DNA of 63,299 nt, filler included, from 5 parts of 5 records of this genome joined end to end with filler, not necessarily neighbours in it; one strand, 5' to 3'; positions 1-9,654 are shown, counted from the first letter of the whole stretch. Numbers and translations are program-made. The notes: generated by a model from the sequence alone, not told the origin.

Positions 1-702
1 CAGCACATCCCCCACCGCAACCATAGGGGCCGAGGCCTTCTGCGCGGCGCGCGCGCAAGCCGCCAGATAAGCCCGATCGCTGCCGTCATAGCGCGGCATG
101 GCCCCCAGAAAGACCGCGTTGGGAAATTGTCGTCTGATCCCTTGGATATCCGGGATGGCCTGCTGCAATCCCGCCTGGGGCAGCGCGATCAGGATCATCC
201 CCTGACAGGCCCCCAGCATGTCTTTCATGTCCAGATGACATTCCCCTTTCTCGGCCCGCCGTTTGCCCAAAGTCAGCAGGCGGGTCAGCCGCTGATACGC
301 GGCGCGGTCGCGGGGCAGGGCCAGCCAGTGCACCGCGCTGTCGCGCAGAACCAGTCGGCAGCCGACGATCAGTTTGGGCAGGGCAGGCACGTCCGGTTTG
401 TCGATCGGCTGCACATGCCCGACCTCTTGCCGAGATGAGGAATCGATCCGGTGTTGTGAGCGGATTTGAACTGCACCTTCGGCCTCGCGCCGCAGCTCTT
501 TCAACGCGTTCCAGCCCCGGACTACCCCGGCCAGCGAGTTTCGGTCGGTGATCGCGATGGCCTTCAGGCCCAGTTCTGCTGCGCGGGTCACCATCTCCTC
601 GGGGTGTGAGGCCCCGGTCAGGAAGGTGAAATTGGTAGTCACGCACAGCTCGGCATAGCCGGGCTCTTGCGCGTGTGAACTGGGTGGCTTTGGCTTGTTC
701 AT
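1..702 (-). CDS. dnaE2: Error-prone DNA polymerase DnaE2/ImuC, N-terminal PHP domain (3' end runs off the contig)
   Basis: Absent from the ORF track because it has no stop in the window. Manual translation from the ATG at 702 (ATGA overlap with the imuB stop) gives MNKPKPPSSHAQEPGYAELCVTTNFTFLTGASHPEEMVTRAAELGLKAIAITDRNSLAGVVR, the DnaE2 PHP signature. Confidence 0.93.
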   Translation of the reverse strand, partial: MNKPKPPSSHAQEPGYAELCVTTNFTFLTGASHPEEMVTRAAELGLKAIAITDRNSLAGVVRGWNALKELRREAEGAVQIRSQHRIDSSSRQEVGHVQPIDKPDVPALPKLIVGCRLVLRDSAVHWLALPRDRAAYQRLTRLLTLGKRRAEKGECHLDMKDMLGACQGMILIALPQAGLQQAIPDIQGIRRQFPNAVFLGAMPRYDGSDRAYLAACARAAQKASAPMVAVGDVL

Positions 703-2174
703 GCGAATTCTCCATGCACGAACCACCCCGGGTTTTGCGGTGTGTGAAACAACCACAGTCGTCGCCCTTGTCGCGTCTCGACTTGCCAGTAATCGCGCAA
801 GCCCGTGCGCCAGTTCTCATCCTCCAACCACCATTCGGGACATATACGCTCAGGTCCAGTTGAGCGGCCCGAGGTCAGGGACATGCGTCGCCAGCGAAAC
901 CGGCGCGGCGGGTGAGAACCCGATCCTGCGATGGGTTCCGGCGGAAACAGCTGCAAGGGACGGGGGCGCAGAGCGCACCACCCGCCTGCGGGATCGGAAT
1001 AGGCGGCGGGCGAGATGATGAAGCTGCGCTCGGGGATGTGACTTTGCGCGGGCAGCAGGCGATGGACCTGCTCTAACCCGATCCGGGTGCCGATCCGGGT
1101 GATCAGGTCGTCCAACTGGTCTTTGTCCCGGCTTGCAACACGGCTGATCTGGCGCACCGGCAGGGGCTCTACTTGCGTGGCCTCCAGCCGGAGCTGATCG
1201 ACGCCGAAACCGGCATCCACCTCGGCCAGCCCGCGTTCGAACAGGGGCAGGATGCGATGCGGATCGCGCAGGGGGCGGGCCAGACGCAGCTCGACCTGTT
1301 GATGATCCTGATCCACCCGGCGCAAGGTCATGCACAGCTTGCGCGCGCCCACCTCCTGCGTTTTCAGCTTGTCGCAGAGCCGCAGCAGCAGGCGCTCGGC
1401 CCCGGCCATCATATCGGACAGCAGGCCAATGGGTTCGGGCAGGGTCATGCGCACGCCGTAATGGGGCGGATCGGCCAGCGGCGTGATCTGTTCGGGCTGG
1501 TTCCCCAGCGCCTGATCCAGCCGCATCAGCACCTCGGGGCCAAACCGGCGCGTCAGCGGCGCGCGCGGAGTTTGCGCCAGCTCACCAATCCGGCGCAGGC
1601 CCAGCCGTTGCAGCGCGACCGAGGTGTCCTCATCCAACCGCAGCGCCGCCACCGGCAGGGCGCGGATGGCTTTCAGCGTATCCTCGGCTGCGACCCCCTC
1701 GCCATAATGGGCTAGGGCCCAAGCCGCCCCGCGTGTCGGGGCAAGGCCGATCTGCACCGCCAGACCGGCCCGGGCCATCCGCCTGCGCATATCGGTCAGC
1801 ATCGCCTCTTCCCCGCCTGCAAGATGCGCCGATCCGGTGATGTCCAGAACCAGCCCATCCTCTCCTTCCAGCCCCACCCAGGGGCAATAGCGCGTTGCCC
1901 ACCGGCGCAAGGCGTGCAGAAACCGCTGATCCCCCTGCGGGTCGGCGGGATGGCTTTGCAGATCGGGGCAAAAGGCGCGGGCGTCGGAATAAGGCATGCC
2001 GCAATGCAGGCCCTGCCGCTGGGCCTGAGAATTCAGGCAGTACACCCGGTTTGCATTGTTCTGTTTCAGCGTCAGGACAAACGGCCCATCAATCGGCCGC
2101 ACGCGTAAAGCCCGGTCACTTGCCAGCCGGGGAAACCAGAGTGAAACGATGCGGCGCTGCATCCCAGCGAACAT
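699..2174 (-). CDS. imuB: ImuB, inactive Y-family DNA polymerase-like protein
   Basis: RRIVSLWFP...LRRWATRYCPWVG..DGLVLDITGSAHL and C-terminal GPERICPEWW...RDYWQVET..G.RLWLF. GAGG RBS before the ATG at 2174; coupled to dnaE2. Confidence 0.92.
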   Translation of the reverse strand: MFAGMQRRIVSLWFPRLASDRALRVRPIDGPFVLTLKQNNANRVYCLNSQAQRQGLHCGMPYSDARAFCPDLQSHPADPQGDQRFLHALRRWATRYCPWVGLEGEDGLVLDITGSAHLAGGEEAMLTDMRRRMARAGLAVQIGLAPTRGAAWALAHYGEGVAAEDTLKAIRALPVAALRLDEDTSVALQRLGLRRIGELAQTPRAPLTRRFGPEVLMRLDQALGNQPEQITPLADPPHYGVRMTLPEPIGLLSDMMAGAERLLLRLCDKLKTQEVGARKLCMTLRRVDQDHQQVELRLARPLRDPHRILPLFERGLAEVDAGFGVDQLRLEATQVEPLPVRQISRVASRDKDQLDDLITRIGTRIGLEQVHRLLPAQSHIPERSFIISPAAYSDPAGGWCALRPRPLQLFPPEPIAGSGSHPPRRFRWRRMSLTSGRSTGPERICPEWWLEDENWRTGLRDYWQVETRQGRRLWLFHTPQNPGWFVHGEFA

Positions 2175-2188
2175 ATAAAACCTCAAAT

Positions 2189-2203
2189 GTTCTACATTTG
2201 TTC
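2189..2203. promoter_or_regulatory. Alphaproteobacterial LexA (SOS) box
   Basis: GTTC-TACATTT-GTTC, an exact GTTC-N7-GTTC, 15 nt upstream of the imuB start. Confidence 0.88.
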
Positions 2204-2272
2204 TTATACGTTCCCAGCCCTCAAAGAGTCGAGTCCTTGAGGGTCATTTCGTCAGGGATCAGGGCGGGGAGC

Positions 2273-3004
2273 TTACTTCAGCGCCCGCGCCAGAAAGGCC
2301 TGCGTGGTCTGGTGCGTGGGGTTGTCGAACACTGTCTCGGGCGGGCCTTCTTCGAGGATCCGCCCGCTGTCGAGGAAACAGATCTTGTCAGCCGCCTCGC
2401 GGGCAAAGCCCATTTCATGGGTCGCCATCACCATGGTCATGCCCTGTTTCTTCAGCATCAGCAGAACATCCAGCACCTCACCCACCAATTGGGGGTCAAG
2501 GGCCGAGGTGATTTCATCAAACAGCATGACCTCGGGCTGCATGGCCAGCGCACGAACGATGGCGACACGTTGTTGCTGCCCGCCCGACAGTTGGTCGGGA
2601 TAGTTGTGCATCCGGTCGGCCAAACCGAACCGGGTGAACAGTGCCTCGACCTCAGGCTGCAATTCGGCGCGGGAAAGTCCGCGCACCCGGCGGGGGGCGA
2701 GCATGACGTTTTCAAGCGCAGTCATGTGCGGAAACAGGTTGAAGCTTTGGAACACGATCCCGATCCGGGCGCGCACCGATTGCGAGTTCAGACCGGGGAT
2801 CGAGATATCCTCGCCATCCAGAAAGATTGCGCCGTCTTCGATGGGCTCCAGCAGGTTGATGCAGCGCAGTAGGGTGGATTTTCCCGACCCGGATGCACCG
2901 ATCAGGCAGACCATCTGGCCTTCATCAACAGTCAGGTTGATCCCGTCACAGACCGTACGGTCACCAAAGCGTTTGATGACGCCCTGAAGTTCCAGTTTGG
3001 GCAT
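2273..3004 (-). CDS. Polar amino-acid ABC transporter ATP-binding protein (GlnQ family)
   Basis: MPKLELQG start at 3004; Walker A GASGSGKST, LSGGQQQRVAI, LFDEITSALDP, THEMGFARE. Confidence 0.95.
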   Translation of the reverse strand: MPKLELQGVIKRFGDRTVCDGINLTVDEGQMVCLIGASGSGKSTLLRCINLLEPIEDGAIFLDGEDISIPGLNSQSVRARIGIVFQSFNLFPHMTALENVMLAPRRVRGLSRAELQPEVEALFTRFGLADRMHNYPDQLSGGQQQRVAIVRALAMQPEVMLFDEITSALDPQLVGEVLDVLLMLKKQGMTMVMATHEMGFAREAADKICFLDSGRILEEGPPETVFDNPTHQTTQAFLARALK

Positions 3005-3837
3005 CAGCGCCTCTCTCGCATTTGGCGCGCCATCAGGTGATCGGCGTAGCGGGTGGCGGGAATGGTGACGATCAGGAAGATGATCGCGGCCCCCACATAA
3101 GGGGTGAAATTGGCCAGCAGCGATTTGAAAACCCCCGCCTGACGGAAGATTTCGACCGGCCCGATGAAGCTGAGCAGCGACACGTCCTTTTGCAGCGCGA
3201 TCAGCATGTTCATCTGTGACGGCACCACATTGCGGATGGCCTGCGGCAGCACCACGTCGCGCATCACCTGCCTCTCGGACAAACCCAGAGACAGGGCGGC
3301 CGCGCGCTGGCTGTGATGCACGCTGTCGATGCCAGAGCGGAAAATCTCGGCCACATAGGCCGAGTAAGTCAGGATCAGAGCCAGCGAACCCCAGATGTAA
3401 GGCGAGTTCCACGGGCGGGGCAGGCCAAGCCCCGGAATGCCAAACCCGATCAGGTAGACCGTGAGGATGACAGGCACGCCGCGGAAAACATCCGTGAACG
3501 CAGCGCCAAAGATGCGCAGAGGAAAAAGCGCGGGCGATTTGGCATCTCGCGCAAGTGCAATCAGCAGGCCCAGCACTGCAATGGCAGGCGCGGACCACGC
3601 AAAGATCATCACATTGATCCGAAACGCCTCAAGCAATTTCGGGAAGGTTTTGACCAGCGTTTCGCCGTTGAAAAAGCTCTGCTGAACCTTCGTCCATCCC
3701 GGAGCCAGCGGCACCAGAAAGTAAATCGCAGCAACAACGGTGACCGTACTTATCGTGGCGATCACCAACGACCTGCGCCGTTGGTGCGCCTCATAACGTT
3801 CGCGGCGGGTCATCCCCGCCGCCTTAGGATCTGCCAT
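3004..3837 (-). CDS. Polar amino-acid ABC transporter permease
   Basis: FRGVPVIL, SAYVAEIFRSGIDSV and AALSLGLS (EAA loop), VVLPQAIR. Confidence 0.93.
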   Translation of the reverse strand: MADPKAAGMTRRERYEAHQRRRSLVIATISTVTVVAAIYFLVPLAPGWTKVQQSFFNGETLVKTFPKLLEAFRINVMIFAWSAPAIAVLGLLIALARDAKSPALFPLRIFGAAFTDVFRGVPVILTVYLIGFGIPGLGLPRPWNSPYIWGSLALILTYSAYVAEIFRSGIDSVHHSQRAAALSLGLSERQVMRDVVLPQAIRNVVPSQMNMLIALQKDVSLLSFIGPVEIFRQAGVFKSLLANFTPYVGAAIIFLIVTIPATRYADHLMARQMRERR

Positions 3838-3838
3838 G

Positions 3839-4654
3839 TTACTTGATCAGGGGGACACCGGTGGTGTCCTGCAGCCATTTGGCTTCGATTTCGGCTAATT
3901 TGCCATTCTCGGCTAGCGCTGCCAGCGCCTCATCAACGCAGGTTTTTAGCGGGTTGCCGTCTTCCATCAGCATGCCGAACTGATCGGGGTTGTCGCTTTC
4001 GTCTGCTGGAAATTGACCGATGACCTTTGATCCTTCGATCATCACCGCGCTCAGGAACAGGGCGGTGGGCAGGTCGAACAAGGCCGCATCAATCTGATTG
4101 GCCGACATGGCGGCATTGACATCGGCATTGTCGCCGTAAAGCAGTGGGTCACTGTCCGGCTGGATGATGCTGGCCAGTTTCGGAACTGCCGTGGTTGAAC
4201 CGACGGCCCCCCATTGCAGACCTTTCAACGCTTCAAGCGTTGGGGCTGTTTCAGTGGCATTGGGGCTGACCAGTACCGCCATCGGGGCGGTGTAATAGGG
4301 GGCTGAGAAATCAACCACTTGGTCCCGCTCGGGCGTGATCGAATATTGCTGCATGTTGACGTCAAATTCCTTGGCGCCGGGTTGGATCGCCTCATCGAAT
4401 GAGGACCGGACCCAAACGACATCATCTGCCGCGAACCCCATCTCTTCGGCCACGGCAAAGGCAACGGCGGCCTCGAACCCTTCGCCTTTTTCAGGCGCGT
4501 CATCTATCACCCAAGGGTAATAGGCCGGGTTGCCCGTTGCGATGGTGAATTTGCCGTCTGTCAGAGTTTTGCCAGCGGCGCATTGGTCCTGCGCATAAGC
4601 CGCCGTTGAGAGAAACAGAACCGAACTTGCCGCGATCGTGAGTGTCTTGGACAT
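3839..4654 (-). CDS. Polar amino-acid ABC transporter substrate-binding protein
   Basis: Signal peptide ending AYA; PAYYPW, GFEAAVA, SITPERDQVVDFSAPYY. First gene of the operon, with an AGGAGG RBS. Confidence 0.92.
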   Translation of the reverse strand: MSKTLTIAASSVLFLSTAAYAQDQCAAGKTLTDGKFTIATGNPAYYPWVIDDAPEKGEGFEAAVAFAVAEEMGFAADDVVWVRSSFDEAIQPGAKEFDVNMQQYSITPERDQVVDFSAPYYTAPMAVLVSPNATETAPTLEALKGLQWGAVGSTTAVPKLASIIQPDSDPLLYGDNADVNAAMSANQIDAALFDLPTALFLSAVMIEGSKVIGQFPADESDNPDQFGMLMEDGNPLKTCVDEALAALAENGKLAEIEAKWLQDTTGVPLIK

Positions 4655-4748
4655 CCGATACAAACCTCCTGTTGGATTGAGTTGCGGCTACGGTAGTTCT
4701 GCCTAACCGGCCTGTCCAGCGGATCATGGCCGGTATTGATCGAAGAAC

Positions 4749-4782
4749 AAAAAAAGAAACCCGCCAAGTTTTGGCGGGTTTC
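4749..4782 (-). terminator. Rho-independent terminator downstream of tpa
   Basis: Minus strand reads GAAACCCGCCAA-AAC-TTGGCGGGTTTC followed by T7. Confidence 0.85.
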
Positions 4783-4811
4783 ATCGGTTTAGCGATAGTT
4801 CAGTGGCTGGC

Positions 4812-6203
4812 TCAGCCGAACACACGTCCCAGCGCGCCATCCACAGCGTCGGTGATCTGATCGATATCGTCGGCTGTGGCGATCAACGCAGGCGAGAAGC
4901 ACAGCGTGTTGTTGCGACCAGGGATGGAGCGGTTGGTAACACCGATGATGACACCTTGTGCCATACAGTCGGCTACGACAGCCTGCGCCAGTTTCTCGTC
5001 CACCGGTTCTTTCGTGCCGCGATCTGCGACCAGTTCGGCACCCAGGAACAGGCCCTTGCCGCGTACGTCGCCGATGACTTTGTGCTTATCCATCAACGCC
5101 TGCAGGTTACCCATCATGCGGTCGCCCATGTCGACGCAATTGCCCAACAGGTTTTCGTCTTCGATGATCCGCATGTTCTCGATCGCCGCTGCCGGACCAG
5201 CGGTGCAGCCGCCAAAGGTCGAAATATCGCGGAAATAGTTCATCGGGTCGTCCGAGTTGTCCTTGAACATGTCAAAGATTTCTTCGGTGGTGACCAAGCA
5301 AGCAATGGCGGCATAACCCGAGGCTACGCCCTTGGCCATGGTCACAAAGTCCGGTTTCACACCATATTGCTGGTATCCGAACCACGTGCCGGTGCGGCCA
5401 ACGCCACAAACCACCTCATCAATGTGCAGCAGAATGTCGTACTTGCTGCAAATCTCCTGCACACGCTGCCAATAGCCTTCAGGCGCTTCGATCACGCCGC
5501 CGCCTGCAGTGACTGGCTCAAGACACAGGGCGCCAACGGTGTCAGGACCTTCGCGCAGGATAACTTCTTCGATTTGATCCGCAGCCCATTCGCCAAAATT
5601 CTCTTCAGGCGCGCCATCCAATTCGTGCTTGCGATAATCCATACAATGCGGGACGCGAATGAAATCCGGTGCAAAGGGGCCATACTGCGCATTGCGCTCG
5701 TCCTGACCACCGGCCGACATGGCCGCAAGTGTTGAACCGTGATAATCGCGGTCACGATACAGAATCTTGGTCTTCTTGCCGCCATACTTCTTGTGCGCAA
5801 TCTGGCGGACCATCTTGAAGGCTTTTTCATTCGCCTCAGAACCTGAGTTCATATAATAAACCCGGCTCATGCCCGGCATCTTGCTAATCAGCTTTTCGGC
5901 AAAGATCGAACCGGGGATCGAACCGGCGGAATTGGCGAAATAGCACAGCTTCATCAGCTGGTCATAGACCGCCTTGCAGATCGATTCGCGGCCATAGCCG
6001 ACGTTGACTGTCCAGACACCACCCGAAACAGCATCCAGATGCTCTTTGCCCTTCTGATCCCAGACGCGCATGCCTTTGCCTTCGACAATGATCCGCGGGT
6101 CATTGGTTTCAAAGGGTTTGTGCTGGATCAGGTGATGCCAGATATGCGCGCGGTCGGCTTCGACGACGCGGGAAAGATCGTTTTCGTTGAACGTGCCGTC
6201 CAT
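4812..6203 (-). CDS. tpa: Taurine-pyruvate aminotransferase (class III PLP aminotransferase)
   Basis: MDGTFNENDLSRVVEADRAHIWHHL N-terminus typical of roseobacter Tpa; SGSEANE, YHGST, HIDEVVCGVGRTG, TMAKGVASGY (PLP lysine). Confidence 0.85.
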   Translation of the reverse strand: MDGTFNENDLSRVVEADRAHIWHHLIQHKPFETNDPRIIVEGKGMRVWDQKGKEHLDAVSGGVWTVNVGYGRESICKAVYDQLMKLCYFANSAGSIPGSIFAEKLISKMPGMSRVYYMNSGSEANEKAFKMVRQIAHKKYGGKKTKILYRDRDYHGSTLAAMSAGGQDERNAQYGPFAPDFIRVPHCMDYRKHELDGAPEENFGEWAADQIEEVILREGPDTVGALCLEPVTAGGGVIEAPEGYWQRVQEICSKYDILLHIDEVVCGVGRTGTWFGYQQYGVKPDFVTMAKGVASGYAAIACLVTTEEIFDMFKDNSDDPMNYFRDISTFGGCTAGPAAAIENMRIIEDENLLGNCVDMGDRMMGNLQALMDKHKVIGDVRGKGLFLGAELVADRGTKEPVDEKLAQAVVADCMAQGVIIGVTNRSIPGRNNTLCFSPALIATADDIDQITDAVDGALGRVFG

Positions 6204-6420
6204 GACATGTCCTTTCAAAATAAGGCGCGGGAATCAGAGTATTTCATCGGGCGCATAGTGACGTGATACTGCAGATCAACGCGAATGAGACCCGGGAAGT
6301 AGGGCCAGATTAGCCCATAGAATATCTCCAGTGTACCACAATCGCGTATTAATACGGGTTTGTTATAGCGTACTCTTTGTGCTCAATGGGCCAATCTGCC
6401 GAGTTTGGGAGGATCGCCGG

Positions 6421-8049
6421 ATGACAGACACACCAATCTACCAACAGCATCTGGATAAAACCCCAGCGAATTTCACGCCTTTGTCCCCGCTCAGCTATCT
6501 CGAACGAACAGCGGCGGTTTATCCGGATTATGCTTCGGTGGTTTACGAGGATCGCCGTTACACTTGGGCCGAAACCTATGCGCGATGCCGCCGGCTGGCC
6601 AGTGCGCTGGCAGGGCGCGGTGTAGGTGCGGGCGAAACCGTTTCGATCATCGCCGCCAATATACCCGAGCTTTACGAGGCACATTTTGGAGTGCCCATGG
6701 CTGGCGCGGTGCTGAACGCGATCAACACGCGGCTGGACGCGCCAATCATTGCGTTCATCCTAAACCACGCCGAGGCGAAGGTGCTGTTGGTCGACCCGGA
6801 ATTCTCGGGCGTCGTGAAACAGGCGTTAGGGCAGGTCGATCACGACATTCTGGTGATCGATATCGAAGACCCGAGCTTTGACGGCGGCGAACGGCTGGGC
6901 AATCTTACCTATGAGGGCCTGCTGGCAGAAGGTGATCCTGATTTCGACTGGTCTTTGCCCGCTGACGAATGGGATGCGATCACGCTGAACTATACATCGG
7001 GCACCACCGGCAACCCCAAAGGCGTGGTCTATCACCACCGGGGCGCGGCGCTGAATGCGACCTCAAACATCCTGACCTGGGGCATGCCGCAGCATTCGAT
7101 CTATCTGTGGACGCTGCCAATGTTTCACTGCAACGGCTGGTGTTTCCCGTGGACGATGGCGGCCAATGCGGGCACTTCTGTTTGCCTGCGTGCTGTGCGG
7201 GACGAACCGATCTATCGCGCCTTCCGCGATGAGGGCGTGACCCATTTTTGCGGTGCGCCTATCGTACTGAATATGTTGGCCAACGCGCCGGATCACCTCA
7301 AGGATTTCAGCCAGCAGATCAAGGTGATGACGGCTGGAGCGCCGCCACCTGCCAAGGTGATTGAAGCGATGGAAGGAATGGGGGTCGAGGTGACCCATGT
7401 CTATGGCCTGACCGAGACTTACGGGCCGTCCGTCGTTTGCGCTTGGAAAGACGAATGGAACGAGAAGGGCGCCGAGGATCGCGCCGCGCTGAAGGTACGA
7501 CAGGGCGTGAAATACGTCGCGCTCTCCGGCCTTATGGTTGCCGACCCGGAAACGATGGAACCCGTGCCTTCGGACGGCGAAACCATGGGTGAAATATTCA
7601 TGCAGGGTAACATTGTCATGAAGGGCTATCTCAAGAACGCCGAGGCGACGGACAAAGCCTTCAAAGGCGGGTGGTTTGCCTCAGGTGATCTGGGGGTGAT
7701 GCATCCGGATGGCTATGTCGCCCTGAAGGATCGATCCAAGGACATCATTATTTCAGGCGGTGAGAATATCTCGTCCGTGGAGGTTGAAGATACGCTCTAC
7801 AAACACCCCGCGGTGATGGAGGCTGCGGTTGTCGCCCGACCGGATGAGAAATGGGGCGAAACGCCTTGCGCCTTTGTCGAGCTGAAGCCACAGGCGGAGG
7901 CGAGTGAGACCGATATCATCGCATTCTGCCGCGATCAGATGGCCCATTTCAAAGCGCCCAAAACAGTTGTCTTCGGGGCACTTCCGAAAACCTCGACCGG
8001 GAAGATCCAGAAGTTCATCCTGCGTGATCGCGCACGAGAGCTAAGTTAG
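6421..8049 (+). CDS. Acyl-CoA synthetase (AMP-forming), DmdB-like (candidate 3-methylmercaptopropionyl-CoA ligase)
   Basis: ANFTPLSPLSYLERTA, NYTSGTTGNPKGV, LPMFHCNGW, YGLTETYGP, DRSKDIIISGGENISS, LPKTSTGKIQK. Confidence 0.85.
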   Translation: MTDTPIYQQHLDKTPANFTPLSPLSYLERTAAVYPDYASVVYEDRRYTWAETYARCRRLASALAGRGVGAGETVSIIAANIPELYEAHFGVPMAGAVLNAINTRLDAPIIAFILNHAEAKVLLVDPEFSGVVKQALGQVDHDILVIDIEDPSFDGGERLGNLTYEGLLAEGDPDFDWSLPADEWDAITLNYTSGTTGNPKGVVYHHRGAALNATSNILTWGMPQHSIYLWTLPMFHCNGWCFPWTMAANAGTSVCLRAVRDEPIYRAFRDEGVTHFCGAPIVLNMLANAPDHLKDFSQQIKVMTAGAPPPAKVIEAMEGMGVEVTHVYGLTETYGPSVVCAWKDEWNEKGAEDRAALKVRQGVKYVALSGLMVADPETMEPVPSDGETMGEIFMQGNIVMKGYLKNAEATDKAFKGGWFASGDLGVMHPDGYVALKDRSKDIIISGGENISSVEVEDTLYKHPAVMEAAVVARPDEKWGETPCAFVELKPQAEASETDIIAFCRDQMAHFKAPKTVVFGALPKTSTGKIQKFILRDRARELS

Positions 8050-8378
8050 TCAAAAATCGACAGATCAAGTTCCAGCATCTCACCCATCCAGATGGCACGA
8101 TCGCGGTGGTCCGTCAGATGATCACCGGTTTCGGGGTGCGTGAAGATGGTCAGTCCTTGCCGGTTCAGGATCAGCCAGGGAAGGACCTGATCGAAGGCAT
8201 CGGCGGGAAAGCCCAGCTGGCAACTCCAGCGCGGGTGAGGTCCGACATTACGCGCATGCATTCGGCCCATCTGGACCGTGTGAAACACGCGGGCAGCCTC
8301 TTCGCAGACCTGCTGCGCAGTGTCTTGCGTATCGGCGTCGAATTAGACATGGGCGTGATAGCTGGTAATCTCAGGCAT
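8046..8378 (-). pseudogene. DOPA 4,5-dioxygenase family gene with an in-frame nonsense codon
   Basis: ATG at 8378 gives MPEITSYHAHV*FDADT...VGPHPRWSCQL...WLILNRQGLTIFTHPETGD..TDHRDRAIWMG. TAA at 8343-8345 replaces the Tyr of the family motif YHAHVYFD. Confidence 0.8.
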
Positions 8379-8466
8379 CGGGGTCTCCGTATCTCTTTTC
8401 AGAGAAACCTAGAGATCGACGAAGCGTTCTGACACCCGCGCACCTACACAGACCCTGTGCACAAGG

Positions 8467-9105
8467 TCAGATCGAGGCATGCAGATCAGGATGTGCGGCG
8501 GCAAACGCCGGGTGGTCCGAGCAGACGGCCTTGACCGCCAACAGACGCGGCATATCGGTCAGGTCAACCTCCCACCGACGCGCATTGTAGAGCTGCGGGA
8601 TCAGGCAGATATCGGCCAGACCGGGCGCGTCGCCGGTGCAGAATGGGCTTTGGTCGAAGCCGTCCAGCAGTGCTTCGAACGCCAGCAGGCCGGGGCGAAT
8701 GAAATGGCGCATCCAGTCGCCGGGCATGTCGCCTGCACCAGCACTAAGCTGTGTGGCGTGGCGCGCCACGGACAGGTTGCAGACCGGATGTAAATCCACC
8801 GCAATGCTCTGCGCCAGCGCCCGCGCAGCTGCCCGCTGGGCCGGATCCTGCGGCAACAGGCCCATTTGCCGGGTCTCGTCCAGGTAATCGAGGATTGCCA
8901 GAGATTGCGTCAGCCGCAGCCCGTCGATGTCCAGAACGGGCACCAGCCCTTGCGGATTGCGCGCCAGATGATCCGCTGTGCGATGCGCCCCACCAACCAG
9001 ATCGATCACCACAGGGCGATAGGCAATTCCCGCCAGATTCAGTGCAATCCGCAGCCGGTAACTGGCCGACGAGCGCCAGTAGTCATACAGTACCACCTCG
9101 GTCAT
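8467..9105 (-). CDS. maiA: Maleylacetoacetate isomerase (GST zeta)
   Basis: LYDYWRSSASYRLRIALNL, NPQGLVPVL, LTQSLAILDYL, DLHPVCNL, ADICLIPQLYNARR. Confidence 0.93.
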   Translation of the reverse strand: MTEVVLYDYWRSSASYRLRIALNLAGIAYRPVVIDLVGGAHRTADHLARNPQGLVPVLDIDGLRLTQSLAILDYLDETRQMGLLPQDPAQRAAARALAQSIAVDLHPVCNLSVARHATQLSAGAGDMPGDWMRHFIRPGLLAFEALLDGFDQSPFCTGDAPGLADICLIPQLYNARRWEVDLTDMPRLLAVKAVCSDHPAFAAAHPDLHASI

Positions 9106-9654
9106 TCAGCGATCAGCCTTGCTTAGTTCCTTTGCATGCAGCCAGTCGGCATGTTGGGGTGCTCGTTTGGTGCGCGACCATTCTTCAAGCATATCCCATT
9201 TCACCGAATCCAGCCGGGCCAGCATGGCCTCTTCCTCTGGGTCGGGGCAAGCCAGTTCCACCCGGTGACCATTGGGGTCGAAGAAATAGATCGAGTGAAA
9301 GATCGAATGATCGGTGACACCCAGAACTTCGACGCCGTTGGCCTCGAGATGTTCTTTGAACGCGATCAGCTCGTCGCGGTCCTTTACCTTGAAGGCGATG
9401 TGTTGCACCCAGATCGGCGTGTTCGGGTCGCGGCCCATTTCGGGCTTGGTTGGCAGTTCAAAAAACGCCAGTACATTGCCGTTCCCGGCATCCAGAAACA
9501 GGTGCATATAGGGATCAGGTTCATGGGTAGAGGGCACATGGTCTTCGGCAATGGCCAGAATGAAATCCATGTTCAACATCTTGCCGTACCATTCAACGGT
9601 CTCTTTTGCGTCCTTGCAACGATAAGCGACGTGGTGAATCTGTTCGATTTTCAT
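9106..9654 (-). CDS. VOC (glyoxalase/dioxygenase) family protein
   Basis: IHHVAYRC, YMHLFLDAGNGNVLAFFE, QHIAF, SIYFFDPNGHRVEL. Confidence 0.9.
   Translation of the reverse strand: MKIEQIHHVAYRCKDAKETVEWYGKMLNMDFILAIAEDHVPSTHEPDPYMHLFLDAGNGNVLAFFELPTKPEMGRDPNTPIWVQHIAFKVKDRDELIAFKEHLEANGVEVLGVTDHSIFHSIYFFDPNGHRVELACPDPEEEAMLARLDSVKWDMLEEWSRTKRAPQHADWLHAKELSKADR

Noticed and set aside
4665-4745. Possible riboswitch in the ABC transporter leader
   Set aside because: Only one hairpin is visible, and I could not match it to any riboswitch consensus I know.
6295-6400. Possible TauR/MocR boxes upstream of tpa (CTGGCCCTA, TTGGCCCAT on the minus strand)
   Set aside because: The match and spacing are too loose to support a call.
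8343-8345. Stop-codon reassignment or readthrough
   Set aside because: TAA is used as a normal stop by other genes on the contig; a single mutation or error is simpler.
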